64,000 bases of DNA from Alkalispirochaeta sp. (GCA_965601925.1 OZ271854.1:1792001-1856000); one strand, 5' to 3'. Numbered from the stretch's first letter, positions 38,956-49,393 are shown. The notes: generated by a model from the sequence alone, not told the origin. Numbers and translations are program-made.

Positions 38956-40790
38956 TAAAACAGAATGATGTCTTCCTCGACCGAGTCGTCGGTGTACTTA
39001 ATCATTAACGTATTGGTATCGCGCTCGTAGTGGCGACCCTTGATGTACGACTCGAAACTCGGATCGTTGCGCCACTGGAGGCCGAAGAGAATCATCGACT
39101 CGAACGGCGGAACGCCCTGCATCAGAATATAGTGCGTTCGGTTCTCCGGATAGCGGAGGCGAAAGGAGAATTGCTCTTCGCCGATCTCCGCACGTGTGAA
39201 ATCGGCGACGGTCCAGATGAAATGTCCGGCTCCGAGCTCTTCGTAGAGCGACATCGTGCGTGGATACCACGGATTTTCCGACAGATGCGCATACAGGCGT
39301 TCCGGCCCGAAGCTTCCTTCCTGCCCCTGGAGACCGTTCTCGTTGAAGAACAAAAACTCCGGGAGAAATCCCCGCTCGTCCGCGAGATCCAAACCCGATA
39401 CCAGCAGATTACGTCCGATCGTGGTGTAGAGCGGATTGCCTTCACGCCGTCCCAGTTGCTCCAACAGATCGCCGGCACGAATGGACCAGTAGAGCTCTAC
39501 CTCCGCCTGAGCCGTCTCGACGAAGAAATAGTCTTGAAGTTGCCGGATCGAGGGAAGAATACGCTCCTCCACGACGCCGATGAGGCGCTCGGTCGCGTCG
39601 CGTGCCTCATCGGAGGGGTGTAACGTATCGATCGCCGAGGCGAGCATGCCGATTGCCGTCGGGACATCGACGACGCGATAGTCGACCGTACGCGCAAACT
39701 CCAGAACACTGCGATACAACTCTTCGTCGCCGCGAAGGGCGGCAAAAGGGATGATGTCCTCGTCCCGGAATACGGTCGGATCTCCGGCGGAGATGCGTGC
39801 GGAGACGGTCAGGGCGCGTCGACGGTCGTCGGCGATAAATGTGTCCGTTACCTCTCTCAGATCGCCGAGAAACACCGATGAGAGTAATCCCACTTGATCG
39901 GGATGGAGGTCGGCGGCGCGTCGCATGCGATTGAACGCCGTAGTGTACTCGTCTCGTTCCCACGCCTCGGCGAGATATGCGGTGAGAATATCCTCGGAGA
40001 AACGACTCACCCCTTCGCGCGATTGCCACGTCCCCGTCCCGCCGTTGAAGCGGCTCGTCCAGCCGCGATAGCCGGTCTCCAGATACGTATCGATCGTCTG
40101 CGCGTAGACGCTGTCGCTTACCTGGCGGCGACCCTCGCTGAAGGCGACCTCGACGACATTGGCCTCTGCGCCGGTGACCTCGGCGTAACGAATCATCTGG
40201 CTCCCTCCGGAAAGAGGAATCACGAGCAGATCCTGACCTTCGTCGAATATGGTGCGCGGCGGTGTCGAGAAGAAAAAATCGCGATCGTCGTAGCTTACGT
40301 TGATCGTCTCGGGAGTCGCGGGATTCAGCGGTTGCGAGCGGACGTTGGAGCTGAATCGATACGGCAACAGAAGGTGTCCCTCCTCCGGCCACTGATTGGT
40401 CGGAATGGGGAGAAGGTGCAACTCCGGTGGATCCATTAACGCCACCTCGAATCGCAAGAGGCTTTCGTCGGAAAAAAAGACGCGTAGCTCGTGCTCGTCG
40501 ACCTCGTACCGTTTCGGAATGAGGTGTGCGTCGGAATCGGTCTCGGTGGTGATAACGACCGGATCGGACTCGGAAAACTCGAAGATGAGACCTTCGTATT
40601 CGATTCGTGCGCTGGTGATTTCGCTGCTCGTCTCATCTGCCCCGGGGATGAGCGTGCCGGCGAACCGTAACTTGTCGATGGTACGCCGAACGGTCAACGT
40701 ACCGGAAAACTGAAGAAAGAGTAGTCCGAAAATAGATGCGAGATACACCATCGGAACGATGAAGTACCGCCGGACCTTGCGGGCATGCAT
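38952..40790 (-). CDS. Hypothetical membrane-anchored protein (612 aa)
   Basis: Long ORF, N-terminal TM, overlaps the start of the downstream gene; extended -10 upstream. Confidence 0.75.
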   Translation of the reverse strand: MHARKVRRYFIVPMVYLASIFGLLFLQFSGTLTVRRTIDKLRFAGTLIPGADETSSEITSARIEYEGLIFEFSESDPVVITTETDSDAHLIPKRYEVDEHELRVFFSDESLLRFEVALMDPPELHLLPIPTNQWPEEGHLLLPYRFSSNVRSQPLNPATPETINVSYDDRDFFFSTPPRTIFDEGQDLLVIPLSGGSQMIRYAEVTGAEANVVEVAFSEGRRQVSDSVYAQTIDTYLETGYRGWTSRFNGGTGTWQSREGVSRFSEDILTAYLAEAWERDEYTTAFNRMRRAADLHPDQVGLLSSVFLGDLREVTDTFIADDRRRALTVSARISAGDPTVFRDEDIIPFAALRGDEELYRSVLEFARTVDYRVVDVPTAIGMLASAIDTLHPSDEARDATERLIGVVEERILPSIRQLQDYFFVETAQAEVELYWSIRAGDLLEQLGRREGNPLYTTIGRNLLVSGLDLADERGFLPEFLFFNENGLQGQEGSFGPERLYAHLSENPWYPRTMSLYEELGAGHFIWTVADFTRAEIGEEQFSFRLRYPENRTHYILMQGVPPFESMILFGLQWRNDPSFESYIKGRHYERDTNTLMIKYTDDSVEEDIILFY

Positions 40791-40821
40791 ACCAAGAATC
40801 TACCAGAGCCGACCGGTTGTG

Positions 40822-41673
40822 TCAGCCGACCGAGCGCGGAATGAACCATCCGCGCGTCGGATCGAACAAGAGTCCGTCTTGAGGCGACGGACCGTCCGGT
40901 GATGTGTGCGCCCGCTCCGATAGCCCCATCCCCTGCGCATCCGCACCGAACGCGTGCTCTATTACCCCATCCCTCGTCAACTCGCGACTTGTGCCGCCTT
41001 GCACGCCCCCTTGGTAGACGACGAGTAGGCGGTCGGAAAAGTGCATTGCCAGATGCAGGTGATGGGTCGCCAGTATCGCCGAGCGAATCGCTTTGCGTGC
41101 AACCAAGTCGCGCAGGAGCAGAAACAAACCGGTCTGATGCGGTGGATCTAAGTGAGACGCCGGCTCGTCCAACAGTAACACATTCGGTCTTTGCGCAAGG
41201 GCGCGGGCGATCATGACTCGTTGGCGCTCGCCGTCGCTCACCTCTCCGACGAAGCGCCCGGCGAGGTGCGCGACCCCCGTCGCCGCCATCGCCTCGCGGA
41301 CCTCACGGGCATCCGCGGCGCCGCGACCGACCGGCGAGAGGTGCGGCAACCGACCGAGTGCTACGATCTCTTCCACGCGTAAGTACGCCGACGCCACTAC
41401 GTCGGTGAGGACGACCGCCAGGATGCGCGCCCGCTCTCGACGAGACAGGGCGCCGCGGCCGTAGACGGCGCGCCCGTCGAGCCGCACCGTGCCGCGTCGG
41501 GGCGGCATGAATCCGGCGATACATCGCAGAAGCGTCGTTTTACCTCCGCCGTTGGGCCCGACGAGGCTCACGACCTCGCCGTTTCGGATCGCCGCTCCGT
41601 CTATGCGGAGTATGCGCGGTCCGCGACGATAGGCCAGCTCGACCCCGGCCACTTCGATGCATGTGTCGTTCAC
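40822..41673 (-). CDS. btuD: Cobalamin ABC transporter ATPase
   Basis: GTG 41673 overlaps the btuC stop. 'GPNGGGKT', 'VSDGERQR', 'LLDEP'; B12 riboswitch context. Confidence 0.85.
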   Translation of the reverse strand: MNDTCIEVAGVELAYRRGPRILRIDGAAIRNGEVVSLVGPNGGGKTTLLRCIAGFMPPRRGTVRLDGRAVYGRGALSRRERARILAVVLTDVVASAYLRVEEIVALGRLPHLSPVGRGAADAREVREAMAATGVAHLAGRFVGEVSDGERQRVMIARALAQRPNVLLLDEPASHLDPPHQTGLFLLLRDLVARKAIRSAILATHHLHLAMHFSDRLLVVYQGGVQGGTSRELTRDGVIEHAFGADAQGMGLSERAHTSPDGPSPQDGLLFDPTRGWFIPRSVG

Positions 41674-42719
41674 AGTCCGCTTCCTCCGCCCGACGCGCCC
41701 CGGTATGCGCGCAGAACGACGGCGAGTACGACCGGTACTCCGACCAACGCCATAACGGCGTTGAGGGGAAGCACGCGCCCGCTCCCCGGCAGACGCGACA
41801 CAAGATCCGCTCCGACGGCCAATGACGCGCCGACCAGCGCGGTCGCCGGGGCGAGTAGACGATGGCGGGAGCTTTTGAGCCACGAGCGCGCGATGTGCGG
41901 GACAGCCACGCCGAGAAATGAGATCGGTCCGGCAAAAGCGGTAATCAACCCCGTGAGGGTACCGGCCAAGAGGATCAACACACCCTGCGTCCTTCGAGCG
42001 TGTACCCCAGAGCTTTCGGCGTATGCCGGGCCGAGGAGCAGCGCATCGATCATGGGGCCGACGACGGAGAGGAGGGCCGCGGCGCCCGCCGCTACGAGTA
42101 CGAGCGTGAGCGGCGCGGGACCCGGGGGAAGGGCAAACGATCCGAAACTCCACATGATGTAGCGTTCCAGACCTTCGGTAGGGCTGGACGCCATCAACAG
42201 CGTCGTCACGGCGTTGGCGGCGTACCCGAACAGAAGCCCCAACACCAACAGAAGCACCGGTTGATCGACGAGGCGGTTGACGCCGATCATCGCCGTTAAT
42301 ACGACCGCCGAGCCGGCGATCGCGGCGACGGTGGTCATCGCGGCCGCCTGCCCACCCACCCCGGCGAGGAGCGTGAGCGCCACACCGAGCCCCGCACCGG
42401 CGCTTACACCGAGTACGCCGGGTCCCGCGAGGGCGTTACGAAAGACCGTCTGCATGAGGAGGCCTGCAAGACCCAAGCCTGCGCCCGCACCCACGGCGGT
42501 GAGGATGCGGGGGAGGCGGACGGTGCGGACGATAATTGTTTGCGGATCCGTCAGAACGGCCTCTTCCCCTTGATTCGCCGCGGAGACCGTAGGATTCGAC
42601 AGTGCCGACCATACCGAGCGCGGCGAGATCGACACCGATCCGAGCAGCAGCGACAACGCCATAAGGAGAGGAAGCAGGGTGCACAGTGCGATGAGTTTTG
42701 CGGCGTATACGCGCTTCAC
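41670..42719 (-). CDS. btuC: FecCD/BtuC-family permease
   Basis: 'RLPRILTA', 'FRNALAGPGVLGVSAGA', 'GPISFLGVAVPH'. Confidence 0.88.
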   Translation of the reverse strand: MKRVYAAKLIALCTLLPLLMALSLLLGSVSISPRSVWSALSNPTVSAANQGEEAVLTDPQTIIVRTVRLPRILTAVGAGAGLGLAGLLMQTVFRNALAGPGVLGVSAGAGLGVALTLLAGVGGQAAAMTTVAAIAGSAVVLTAMIGVNRLVDQPVLLLVLGLLFGYAANAVTTLLMASSPTEGLERYIMWSFGSFALPPGPAPLTLVLVAAGAAALLSVVGPMIDALLLGPAYAESSGVHARRTQGVLILLAGTLTGLITAFAGPISFLGVAVPHIARSWLKSSRHRLLAPATALVGASLAVGADLVSRLPGSGRVLPLNAVMALVGVPVVLAVVLRAYRGASGGGSGL

Positions 42720-42731
42720 GATCGCTCCCCG

Positions 42732-43904
42732 CTACGGGTCCAAACGGCGATAGTAATAAAGCCGGTGATCCGGAAGGAGTTCGGGATGCAAGATGTGGAT
42801 CAAGTCTTCCAGAACCACGTCGGGGCGGGTCGCGCCGGATTCCCAAAAATCGTTGGCCCCCGACGGACGAGCACGACGATTGAAGTGATACATCGTTCCG
42901 GCACGATAGGGGGCGAACGCCGCGAGGCGACCGTCGGCCGCACGCACGTCCTCGCGTGAGCGCCATGAAAGGTTGAAATTCAGCCACACGTCGGCCTCCG
43001 CCGCGTCCGCCAGCACCGTCTCGATATCAAGGAAGGTGGAGCCCGCGCCGTCGCGATCCGCCCAGATGTAGTGACCGCCCGCGTCGGCAAAGAGGCGCGC
43101 AATGTAGCTGTCCCCGCCGGGGACGGGCCAGCTTCCCTGCCACGGTGCGTTGGCCATCACGGCGGGTCGGTCGGTGGGGCGTATCGACGAGGTCTGCTCC
43201 ACAAGTTCGAGGTAGCGCCGCTCCCGTTCGGTAAAGAGTGCCGCTGCTCGCGCCTCGCGGCCGGTCAAAAGACCGAACAGACGCACCCATTCCGACCGTC
43301 CCAGCGGGCTCTGCTCACGCCAGTCGGCGAGAACGACGAACGGTATACCCGCAGCCCGAATGCGCCGTACCACGGGGTCGTCCGGACCGAACGCGGAGGC
43401 GACGACCAGGTCGGGCGAGAGAGAGATGATCGTCTCCATATCGATTGAGCCGCCGCTTCCGACTTCGACGACGCTCCCCGCTCGAATCATGCTTCGCACC
43501 TCGTCATGGTATACGTATGCCGCGGTATCGACTGCCACAAGGCGATCCAACGCCTCGAGATCTCGCAGATGGGCGATAACCGGTGTTGCGAGCGACACGA
43601 TGCGCCGTACCGGTAGACGAATCACCTCATCGTAGGCGGCGGGGTCCGCCGCGGTCTCCCCGCTCGATAAGACGGCGTAGGTACGTTCGTCCGCTCCCTC
43701 CCACGCGTTGAGGATGCGTACCACCCGGCCCCCGCCGGGACGGCGTTCGATATCGAACGTGTGGGCGTAGCGTACCGGCGAGTCACGATTCGAGACCGCG
43801 TCGGCCGGCGTCTCCTGGGATCGAACGTACGGCGCCGCCACCGCCGTCCACGTAATCACGATCGCTGCGAAGATGCCCATCGAACGTCTTATACGGTAGC
43901 TCAT
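42732..43904 (-). CDS. btuF: Cobalamin ABC substrate-binding protein
   Basis: 'EQSPLGRSEW', 'ADAGG', 'NDFWESG..RPD.VL.DL'; class III substrate-binding protein. Confidence 0.85.
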   Translation of the reverse strand: MSYRIRRSMGIFAAIVITWTAVAAPYVRSQETPADAVSNRDSPVRYAHTFDIERRPGGGRVVRILNAWEGADERTYAVLSSGETAADPAAYDEVIRLPVRRIVSLATPVIAHLRDLEALDRLVAVDTAAYVYHDEVRSMIRAGSVVEVGSGGSIDMETIISLSPDLVVASAFGPDDPVVRRIRAAGIPFVVLADWREQSPLGRSEWVRLFGLLTGREARAAALFTERERRYLELVEQTSSIRPTDRPAVMANAPWQGSWPVPGGDSYIARLFADAGGHYIWADRDGAGSTFLDIETVLADAAEADVWLNFNLSWRSREDVRAADGRLAAFAPYRAGTMYHFNRRARPSGANDFWESGATRPDVVLEDLIHILHPELLPDHRLYYYRRLDP

Positions 43905-44677
43905 TGCTCCTCCAGTGAGAATCGTATGCGGTGTGCGCTCTCTCTGTCATCCGCACCACGCGGAAATCGCCACAGCCGCGCGGCCCGGAGCGCTTCGGTG
44001 TCGAGCGCCCGAACGCCGCTCGTCTCGGTGATGCTCGCCGACACTACGCGACCGCGCCCATTCACGGAGAGTCGTAGCGCAACCGTACCTTCCAGCCCGG
44101 CACGTCGCGCCGCCTCCGGATATCTCGGCTCGACGTAACGTTCCGGCTCGATCGTCGGAATCGCATCGGTGGTCCCGGCGGCCGACAAGGTGCTTCGCAC
44201 GGAACGGTCGGCAGAGGAGCGGTCCGCAGTGTCGCCGGAGACGATATCTCGCTCCGGAAGATCGTCCGTGTCGTGGGTGAAAGAGGAGAGCCTCTCGTCC
44301 GTCGGCGTTTGAGGGCTGGACGCCGGCTCATGTAAAGCGTTCCCGTTCGCCGCGGGAGGTATCGGCCCGTCCGGTGTCAAAGAGCCGGTCGATCCGGCGG
44401 TCGCGGTCGCCGGTGGGGGAAGGGGTGTTTCGTCGAGAGGTGTTGAGGCCCTCCGCCCGTCGGTCGCAGACTCGCGTTCGTCGTGCTGCGTACGGCTTGC
44501 GGCGACGGGGCGTGCGAATGAGACCTCGATGCGCAGCGCGTCTCGTCCCGGCGACTCATTGTCGTCCATCGGCGGCGAAAGGCGACCGATTGCGACAAAT
44601 AGCGCGCCGTGGAGCGTCGTCGCAGCCAATAGGGAAATGAGGACACGCCGCGTTTCGGTGGCGCCGGTGAGTCTCAT
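43901..44677 (-). CDS. tonB: TonB-family energy transducer
   Basis: N-terminal TM with His, Pro/Thr-rich linker, 'PRYPEAARRAGLEGTV...TSG..LD.EAL...WRF'. Confidence 0.88.
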   Translation of the reverse strand: MRLTGATETRRVLISLLAATTLHGALFVAIGRLSPPMDDNESPGRDALRIEVSFARPVAASRTQHDERESATDGRRASTPLDETPLPPPATATAGSTGSLTPDGPIPPAANGNALHEPASSPQTPTDERLSSFTHDTDDLPERDIVSGDTADRSSADRSVRSTLSAAGTTDAIPTIEPERYVEPRYPEAARRAGLEGTVALRLSVNGRGRVVSASITETSGVRALDTEALRAARLWRFPRGADDRESAHRIRFSLEEQ

Positions 44678-45951
44678 TCCGCCGTTACCATGATCGCGAC
44701 CGGCCCTTGGGAGACCGGTACGGTCTCCGCGACCACGAGGCGACCGTCAGTTTCACGGTTGAATCGTATGATTCTGCTTTCCCAGAAGTCCGAGGCGTAC
44801 ACGGACGATGCGAATACCGCGATATCGGCAATGAGCGTGAGTTCACCACCACCTCCGACCGCATCGTACTCCGACCGGGCGGCCTCTTCCCATCCCGAGA
44901 CGGGGTCGCGATATACCGAGCGAATTCCTTCGGGGCCCGCAAGGTAGAGGCGATGCCCCGCTCCCTCGGCGACAAGTACGCCGCTCCCGGGTGAGCCGCC
45001 GACTTCCACGATATCTCGTACCGCTAAAGTGTCGCGATCGACGACGATGACCCGTCCGTCGTCGGCACCGTTTCCGTCGCTCTGCAAGTTGACGCCGCTT
45101 CCCACCACGAGCATCTCGTTCTCGCTCGCTACATCCACCAACGCGGTCGGATTGAGCCCCGTCGGGTCGAAACCGTCGAATCGCACGAGACGTTCGGAGA
45201 TTATCTCGAGGGTCGGGGTGCCCGACACCGCGCCGGCGATCGCCATCCGGTACTCGCTGAGCGTACCCTCACCGTACCGTTCGGCCGGGGGACTCGAAGC
45301 ACTAAACGCCGTATTGGCTACGATCATTCGTACGCGGCCCGATTCCGCTCCCGCAGTCACCGCGAGTGCTTGGGGCGCGACGCCGGTCGGTAGGGCCAGC
45401 GGCAGCGCAGTCTCGACGCCACCGGACACGCGCCACACGCGGTTGCGGCGATCGTGTACGTCCACCGCTGCGGCGAGAAACGATGTCGTTGCCACGAGTC
45501 CCGCCCCGTCTACCGTCGCCGCGCCGAGTGCGACGCTCTGCATCGGATTTCTCCCCGACCCGAGATCGATGCGCTGTAGGACCGAGAGCGTCGTCTCGTC
45601 CAGTACGAGCACCGCATTTTCGCCCGAGAGCGTGACAAGGAGTTCGTCTTCGGTGTCGCCGTAGGCGATCGCGTTGGGTATGTTGCCGAGCACGAGGACG
45701 TCGTCGTCTACTCCGATGATTGCGCCGTCCTCGTCCAACTCCGCGGACGAAAGCGTCTCCGCGGCGCCGTGAACGATCAATAACTCTCGCGTCGGATCGC
45801 CGTCGCGTCCCTCGCGCGTATCGGGCGCAAACCAGAGCGAACAGTTGGATAACACAACCCCCGCGGCGAGACACGCGAGGGCGACTTTCACCGCTCGGAT
45901 CGTGGGGCGACCTGCTCCTCGATGTATCGACCGGCGGCGGCACCCTACCAC
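44674..45951 (-). CDS. Beta-propeller lipoprotein (BtuG/YncE-like)
   Basis: Lipobox 'LSNC'; repeated blade motifs 'LGNIPNAI', 'GRNPMQ', 'GVAPQAL', 'GLNPTAL', 'GGSPG', 'SQGP'. Confidence 0.7.
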   Translation of the reverse strand: MVGCRRRSIHRGAGRPTIRAVKVALACLAAGVVLSNCSLWFAPDTREGRDGDPTRELLIVHGAAETLSSAELDEDGAIIGVDDDVLVLGNIPNAIAYGDTEDELLVTLSGENAVLVLDETTLSVLQRIDLGSGRNPMQSVALGAATVDGAGLVATTSFLAAAVDVHDRRNRVWRVSGGVETALPLALPTGVAPQALAVTAGAESGRVRMIVANTAFSASSPPAERYGEGTLSEYRMAIAGAVSGTPTLEIISERLVRFDGFDPTGLNPTALVDVASENEMLVVGSGVNLQSDGNGADDGRVIVVDRDTLAVRDIVEVGGSPGSGVLVAEGAGHRLYLAGPEGIRSVYRDPVSGWEEAARSEYDAVGGGGELTLIADIAVFASSVYASDFWESRIIRFNRETDGRLVVAETVPVSQGPVAIMVTAE

Positions 45952-48005
45952 GATATCTCCGCACGCACTACGAACTCCCGGCCCGGATTGGGGTAGAAGC
46001 GCGTTTCGACGTAGTCCACATCAAGCACATTGTTAACCGCCGCCCCCACAACGATCGACGTGCCGGGGACGGCGAATGCCCCTGAGATATCGACGCCGAC
46101 GTACGGGTCGAGCCAACTCGTGTTTTGGGCGGTAAGCGGCCGCGCACCGACCGCCTGAATCGAGGCGGACACGCGATGTCCGAGGAGATGTACGAATCCC
46201 ATATCGAGCGCGCCGGCAACGCGGGGACGATACGGTAACTGCTCGTCGAAGGTGGGGCCGTCCGTGCGATCCCGCGCGTCCAGGAGCTCGGCCGTAGTGT
46301 CGAGTTCGATGTTCCACGGGCCGATTCCCACCGGTACGCTTACGCCCGATACGATCTCAATACCGACGATACGCGCTTGTCCGGTGTTGCGCGGACTCCA
46401 AATCCCGGTAGGATCCGGTCGCCATTGGATCAGCGCATCGTACCACGCCGCGTGACCGCGTGCTTCGGCCGAGAACACGTCTCCCGCAAGGAATGCCACC
46501 GAGATCTCTACGGTATGAGCGAGCTCCGGTTCGAGATCGGGGTTGCCGACGGCAAAGGCCTCGGCGGGCCAGAAGAGCTCGGAGAAGCTCGGGAGGCGAT
46601 ACCCGCGTCCGGCCGCGACCGACGCGTGGAGTTGTCCGGCTCCGCGAATGGTCCGCGACCACCCTCCGGTCACGCGCGCGCTGGGGAGGAGATAGAGCTC
46701 CTCGTCGTCGGCAATACTCTCACCGCGAACACGGAGAGTGCCGGAGAGGTCGGAACCTCCCGCAAGGCGACCGTTAAGGCGTATCGACGGTGCGAGTGAG
46801 GCGGCCGCGCGCCGCCTGTGTTCGAGGTCGTCGTCGTCGAGCCACTCGCTGCGCGTTTCCAACGGGAACGCCAGTTCTACGATACCCGTCGGAACCCGGC
46901 GCGCCGAAAGATACGCGTCCACGTGCGCCAGTTGCGATCGCCCCGAGAGCTCGCCCAGGGAGTAGTCCGGATCGGAGAACAATCGCTCCCGGAACGACCC
47001 GCCGGTCGACGCTCCTAACTCCCACGCACCGCCTCGGACGCGCGCCGGTGCCGTCACGGTCGCCGAAAACGCGGCGGTGGTATCCTCGATTACCGCCGAG
47101 GAGGAGGGAAACTCGACGCTACCGGGTACTTCGCGCTCGGATCGTGAGAGGCTCAGTTCCCCATCGATCCGCGGAGCGCTCCCGTCGACCCGTCCCGCTT
47201 CGAGGTCGGACGCGCCGAAGAGCCGAATGCCGCCCTCCGCGCCGCCGGCGTTGACGTGCGTCACCGACTCGCCGGCGCGTTCGTAGTCGTAGCTGTTTTC
47301 CGAGAGGACGCCGGTAAGGGCGAGGCCGACCGCGGAGCGCTCGCCGTGACGAGTCAGCTCGGTCTCCAAGCGATACTCACCGAAGCTTCCCCAACCGGCG
47401 CGAGTCGTCCCGACGAAACCCTCCTCGGCTCGTCGCGATGGGCTTGGTTCATTCATCGGAGATGGGGATGCACTTACCACATTTATCGCGCCAGCGGCCG
47501 CCCCGGCTCCGTAGAGCGCCGTCGCGGCACCGCGCACCACCTCGATGCGTTCCACACCGGCGAGGGAGATACGACTCAGATCGGATACCGCCCCGCGAGC
47601 GTCGGTGACCGGGCGTCCGTCGCGCAACAAGAGCACCTGCTCGGCCGTCGAACCGCGAATGCGCAACGTGGCCGCCTCAAAGCCGGATCCCCGGCGTTGA
47701 ATGAAGATACCGGCTTCGGCGACGAGCGCGTCGGCCACCGTCTCATGGCCCGCCCGGCGCGCCTCCTCGGCGTCGATGACGGTCGTGCCCGGTTCCACGG
47801 CCGTGCCCGGCGCCGGTGCGGTAACGACGATAGTGTCGGGGATGATCGTCGACTCTTCGTCCCGCCCCTCCTCGATTGCGGAGTCCGCCCCTTCGTTTGC
47901 CCGGCCGTCGCCACGGGACTCCTGTGCCGGGAGCGCGCCGATTGCGACGAAGGCGCCCAGTGCCACGAGCGGGACGAGGCGAGCAAGGCGTGCCGGATCG
48001 CTCAT
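45945..48005 (-). CDS. btuB: TonB-dependent cobalamin receptor
   Basis: TonB box-like 'DTIVVTA', plug 'VERIEVVRGAATALYG...GAINVV', 'GNPDLEPE', C-terminal Trp; riboswitch context. Confidence 0.85.
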   Translation of the reverse strand: MSDPARLARLVPLVALGAFVAIGALPAQESRGDGRANEGADSAIEEGRDEESTIIPDTIVVTAPAPGTAVEPGTTVIDAEEARRAGHETVADALVAEAGIFIQRRGSGFEAATLRIRGSTAEQVLLLRDGRPVTDARGAVSDLSRISLAGVERIEVVRGAATALYGAGAAAGAINVVSASPSPMNEPSPSRRAEEGFVGTTRAGWGSFGEYRLETELTRHGERSAVGLALTGVLSENSYDYERAGESVTHVNAGGAEGGIRLFGASDLEAGRVDGSAPRIDGELSLSRSEREVPGSVEFPSSSAVIEDTTAAFSATVTAPARVRGGAWELGASTGGSFRERLFSDPDYSLGELSGRSQLAHVDAYLSARRVPTGIVELAFPLETRSEWLDDDDLEHRRRAAASLAPSIRLNGRLAGGSDLSGTLRVRGESIADDEELYLLPSARVTGGWSRTIRGAGQLHASVAAGRGYRLPSFSELFWPAEAFAVGNPDLEPELAHTVEISVAFLAGDVFSAEARGHAAWYDALIQWRPDPTGIWSPRNTGQARIVGIEIVSGVSVPVGIGPWNIELDTTAELLDARDRTDGPTFDEQLPYRPRVAGALDMGFVHLLGHRVSASIQAVGARPLTAQNTSWLDPYVGVDISGAFAVPGTSIVVGAAVNNVLDVDYVETRFYPNPGREFVVRAEISW

Positions 48006-48012
48006 GATAGCG

Positions 48013-48777
48013 CTACGGGCTCCTTAGTATCGCAACACCGTCGAGATCAAAGCCGGCGGTACCCGCGGTCGGATATGGGTCGTATATCGCGTTTCCTTCG
48101 TCGTCGAACGTGCCGCCGTCACCTACGATGTCGACGATTCTGACGTAACGGATCGCCGCGAGATCTACGGCCCCCGATGTTACCTGAGGATCGCTCGCTA
48201 ACTGCGACAAGTCAAACGCCGTACCGGTACCCGCCGGATGGAGTCCGGCGAAGCCGGTGTAGAGCGAGGGATCGAGACCGCCGTCTCCTACTGGGCCGCT
48301 TTGTGTCGTCGAGGTAGAAAAGCGCACGAAGTTGACGCCGTCGGACGAGACTTCCACAAAGGCCAGCTCGGCGAACAGGAGATTCGTTCGGGTGTCGATG
48401 AAGCCGTTCTCCCATACCGCGATGTCCGCGCCCCTGCCGTCGGCGAACGTGAGGCCGAACTCGACAGTGATGCTACCGCCGCGCCCCAGAACCACCACAT
48501 CGGTCGAGATACCGCTCACGGGGCCGAACGCCAGCGACTCATCCATGAAACTCGTCGCCTCTAAGCCCGGATTATACCCGCCCGGGCCGAGCGCCGTCGC
48601 CCACGAGACGATCGACGGCGAATCCAACGGCACGCCGTCACCATGCTCGGCCGGGGTAAACGAACCGCCGGAACCGGCTTCGGAACACGCCACCAGAAGG
48701 GCGAGCGTCGCCGCCACGACCGAAGCCGTTGCGGCGCGGCGCATAAACCATAAACGCGATCGCATGCGCGGGGACAT
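48013..48777 (-). CDS. Cell-surface lipoprotein, BtuH-like
   Basis: Lipobox 'LVAC'; 'LGRGGSITVEF...DGRGADIAVWENGF...ELAFVEVSSDG...IRYVRIVD...GFDLDGV'. Confidence 0.6.
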   Translation of the reverse strand: MSPRMRSRLWFMRRAATASVVAATLALLVACSEAGSGGSFTPAEHGDGVPLDSPSIVSWATALGPGGYNPGLEATSFMDESLAFGPVSGISTDVVVLGRGGSITVEFGLTFADGRGADIAVWENGFIDTRTNLLFAELAFVEVSSDGVNFVRFSTSTTQSGPVGDGGLDPSLYTGFAGLHPAGTGTAFDLSQLASDPQVTSGAVDLAAIRYVRIVDIVGDGGTFDDEGNAIYDPYPTAGTAGFDLDGVAILRSP

Positions 48778-48787
48778 GGGCTACGTG

Positions 48788-49393
48788 TTATTGGCGAACG
48801 GCGCCGTTCGAAGAGCCGGCAAAGTACCCCGCCTCGTTTGTTGCACCCGCCTCAGCATCTGCGGCGGAGTCGAATACTTCATTGATAAAGGGAGAGCTGC
48901 CGTCGGAATCTGAAAACCCTTGAGTAAAGTCGCGATTCGTTGATTCGCTTGTGTTGTCCGCCCATCGGAATACGTTGAACTTACCTACTTCTCCCGTGCT
49001 TTCCCCATTGACTTCGGTGTACTGAATAACTGCGAATCCCGGGTTGCTCGTCGTGGCCCGGCCGCTTGTAAGTGCGGTGTCGCCGGCATTGAGACGACCG
49101 TTCACATAATCGACGATATCCGCTTGATAGGTTGTTGTATATGTCGATCCATCACTGGAAGTTTCGTACTGAACGGCGTTGTCACTTATCGTCCACCGCT
49201 CGTAGAACGGGCCGAAGCCGGTATCGGGAGTCTCGAGCGCCCACGTTCCACCAACGTCGATCGGGTCGTCCGACGAGTCCGAACATCCCGCCAGTATCCC
49301 AAGGGATGCACCCGCAACGAGGGCGACCGATACGATACGTAACAGCACCTTTAGGCGCCTGTTCGACTTTGACTGTGAAAAAAAGAAACCCAT
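48788..49393 (-). CDS. Hypothetical lipoprotein, first gene of the B12 operon
   Basis: Lipobox 'LAGC', AGGAGG RBS, 'VGGTW' lipocalin-like motif. Confidence 0.7.
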   Translation of the reverse strand: MGFFFSQSKSNRRLKVLLRIVSVALVAGASLGILAGCSDSSDDPIDVGGTWALETPDTGFGPFYERWTISDNAVQYETSSDGSTYTTTYQADIVDYVNGRLNAGDTALTSGRATTSNPGFAVIQYTEVNGESTGEVGKFNVFRWADNTSESTNRDFTQGFSDSDGSSPFINEVFDSAADAEAGATNEAGYFAGSSNGAVRQ

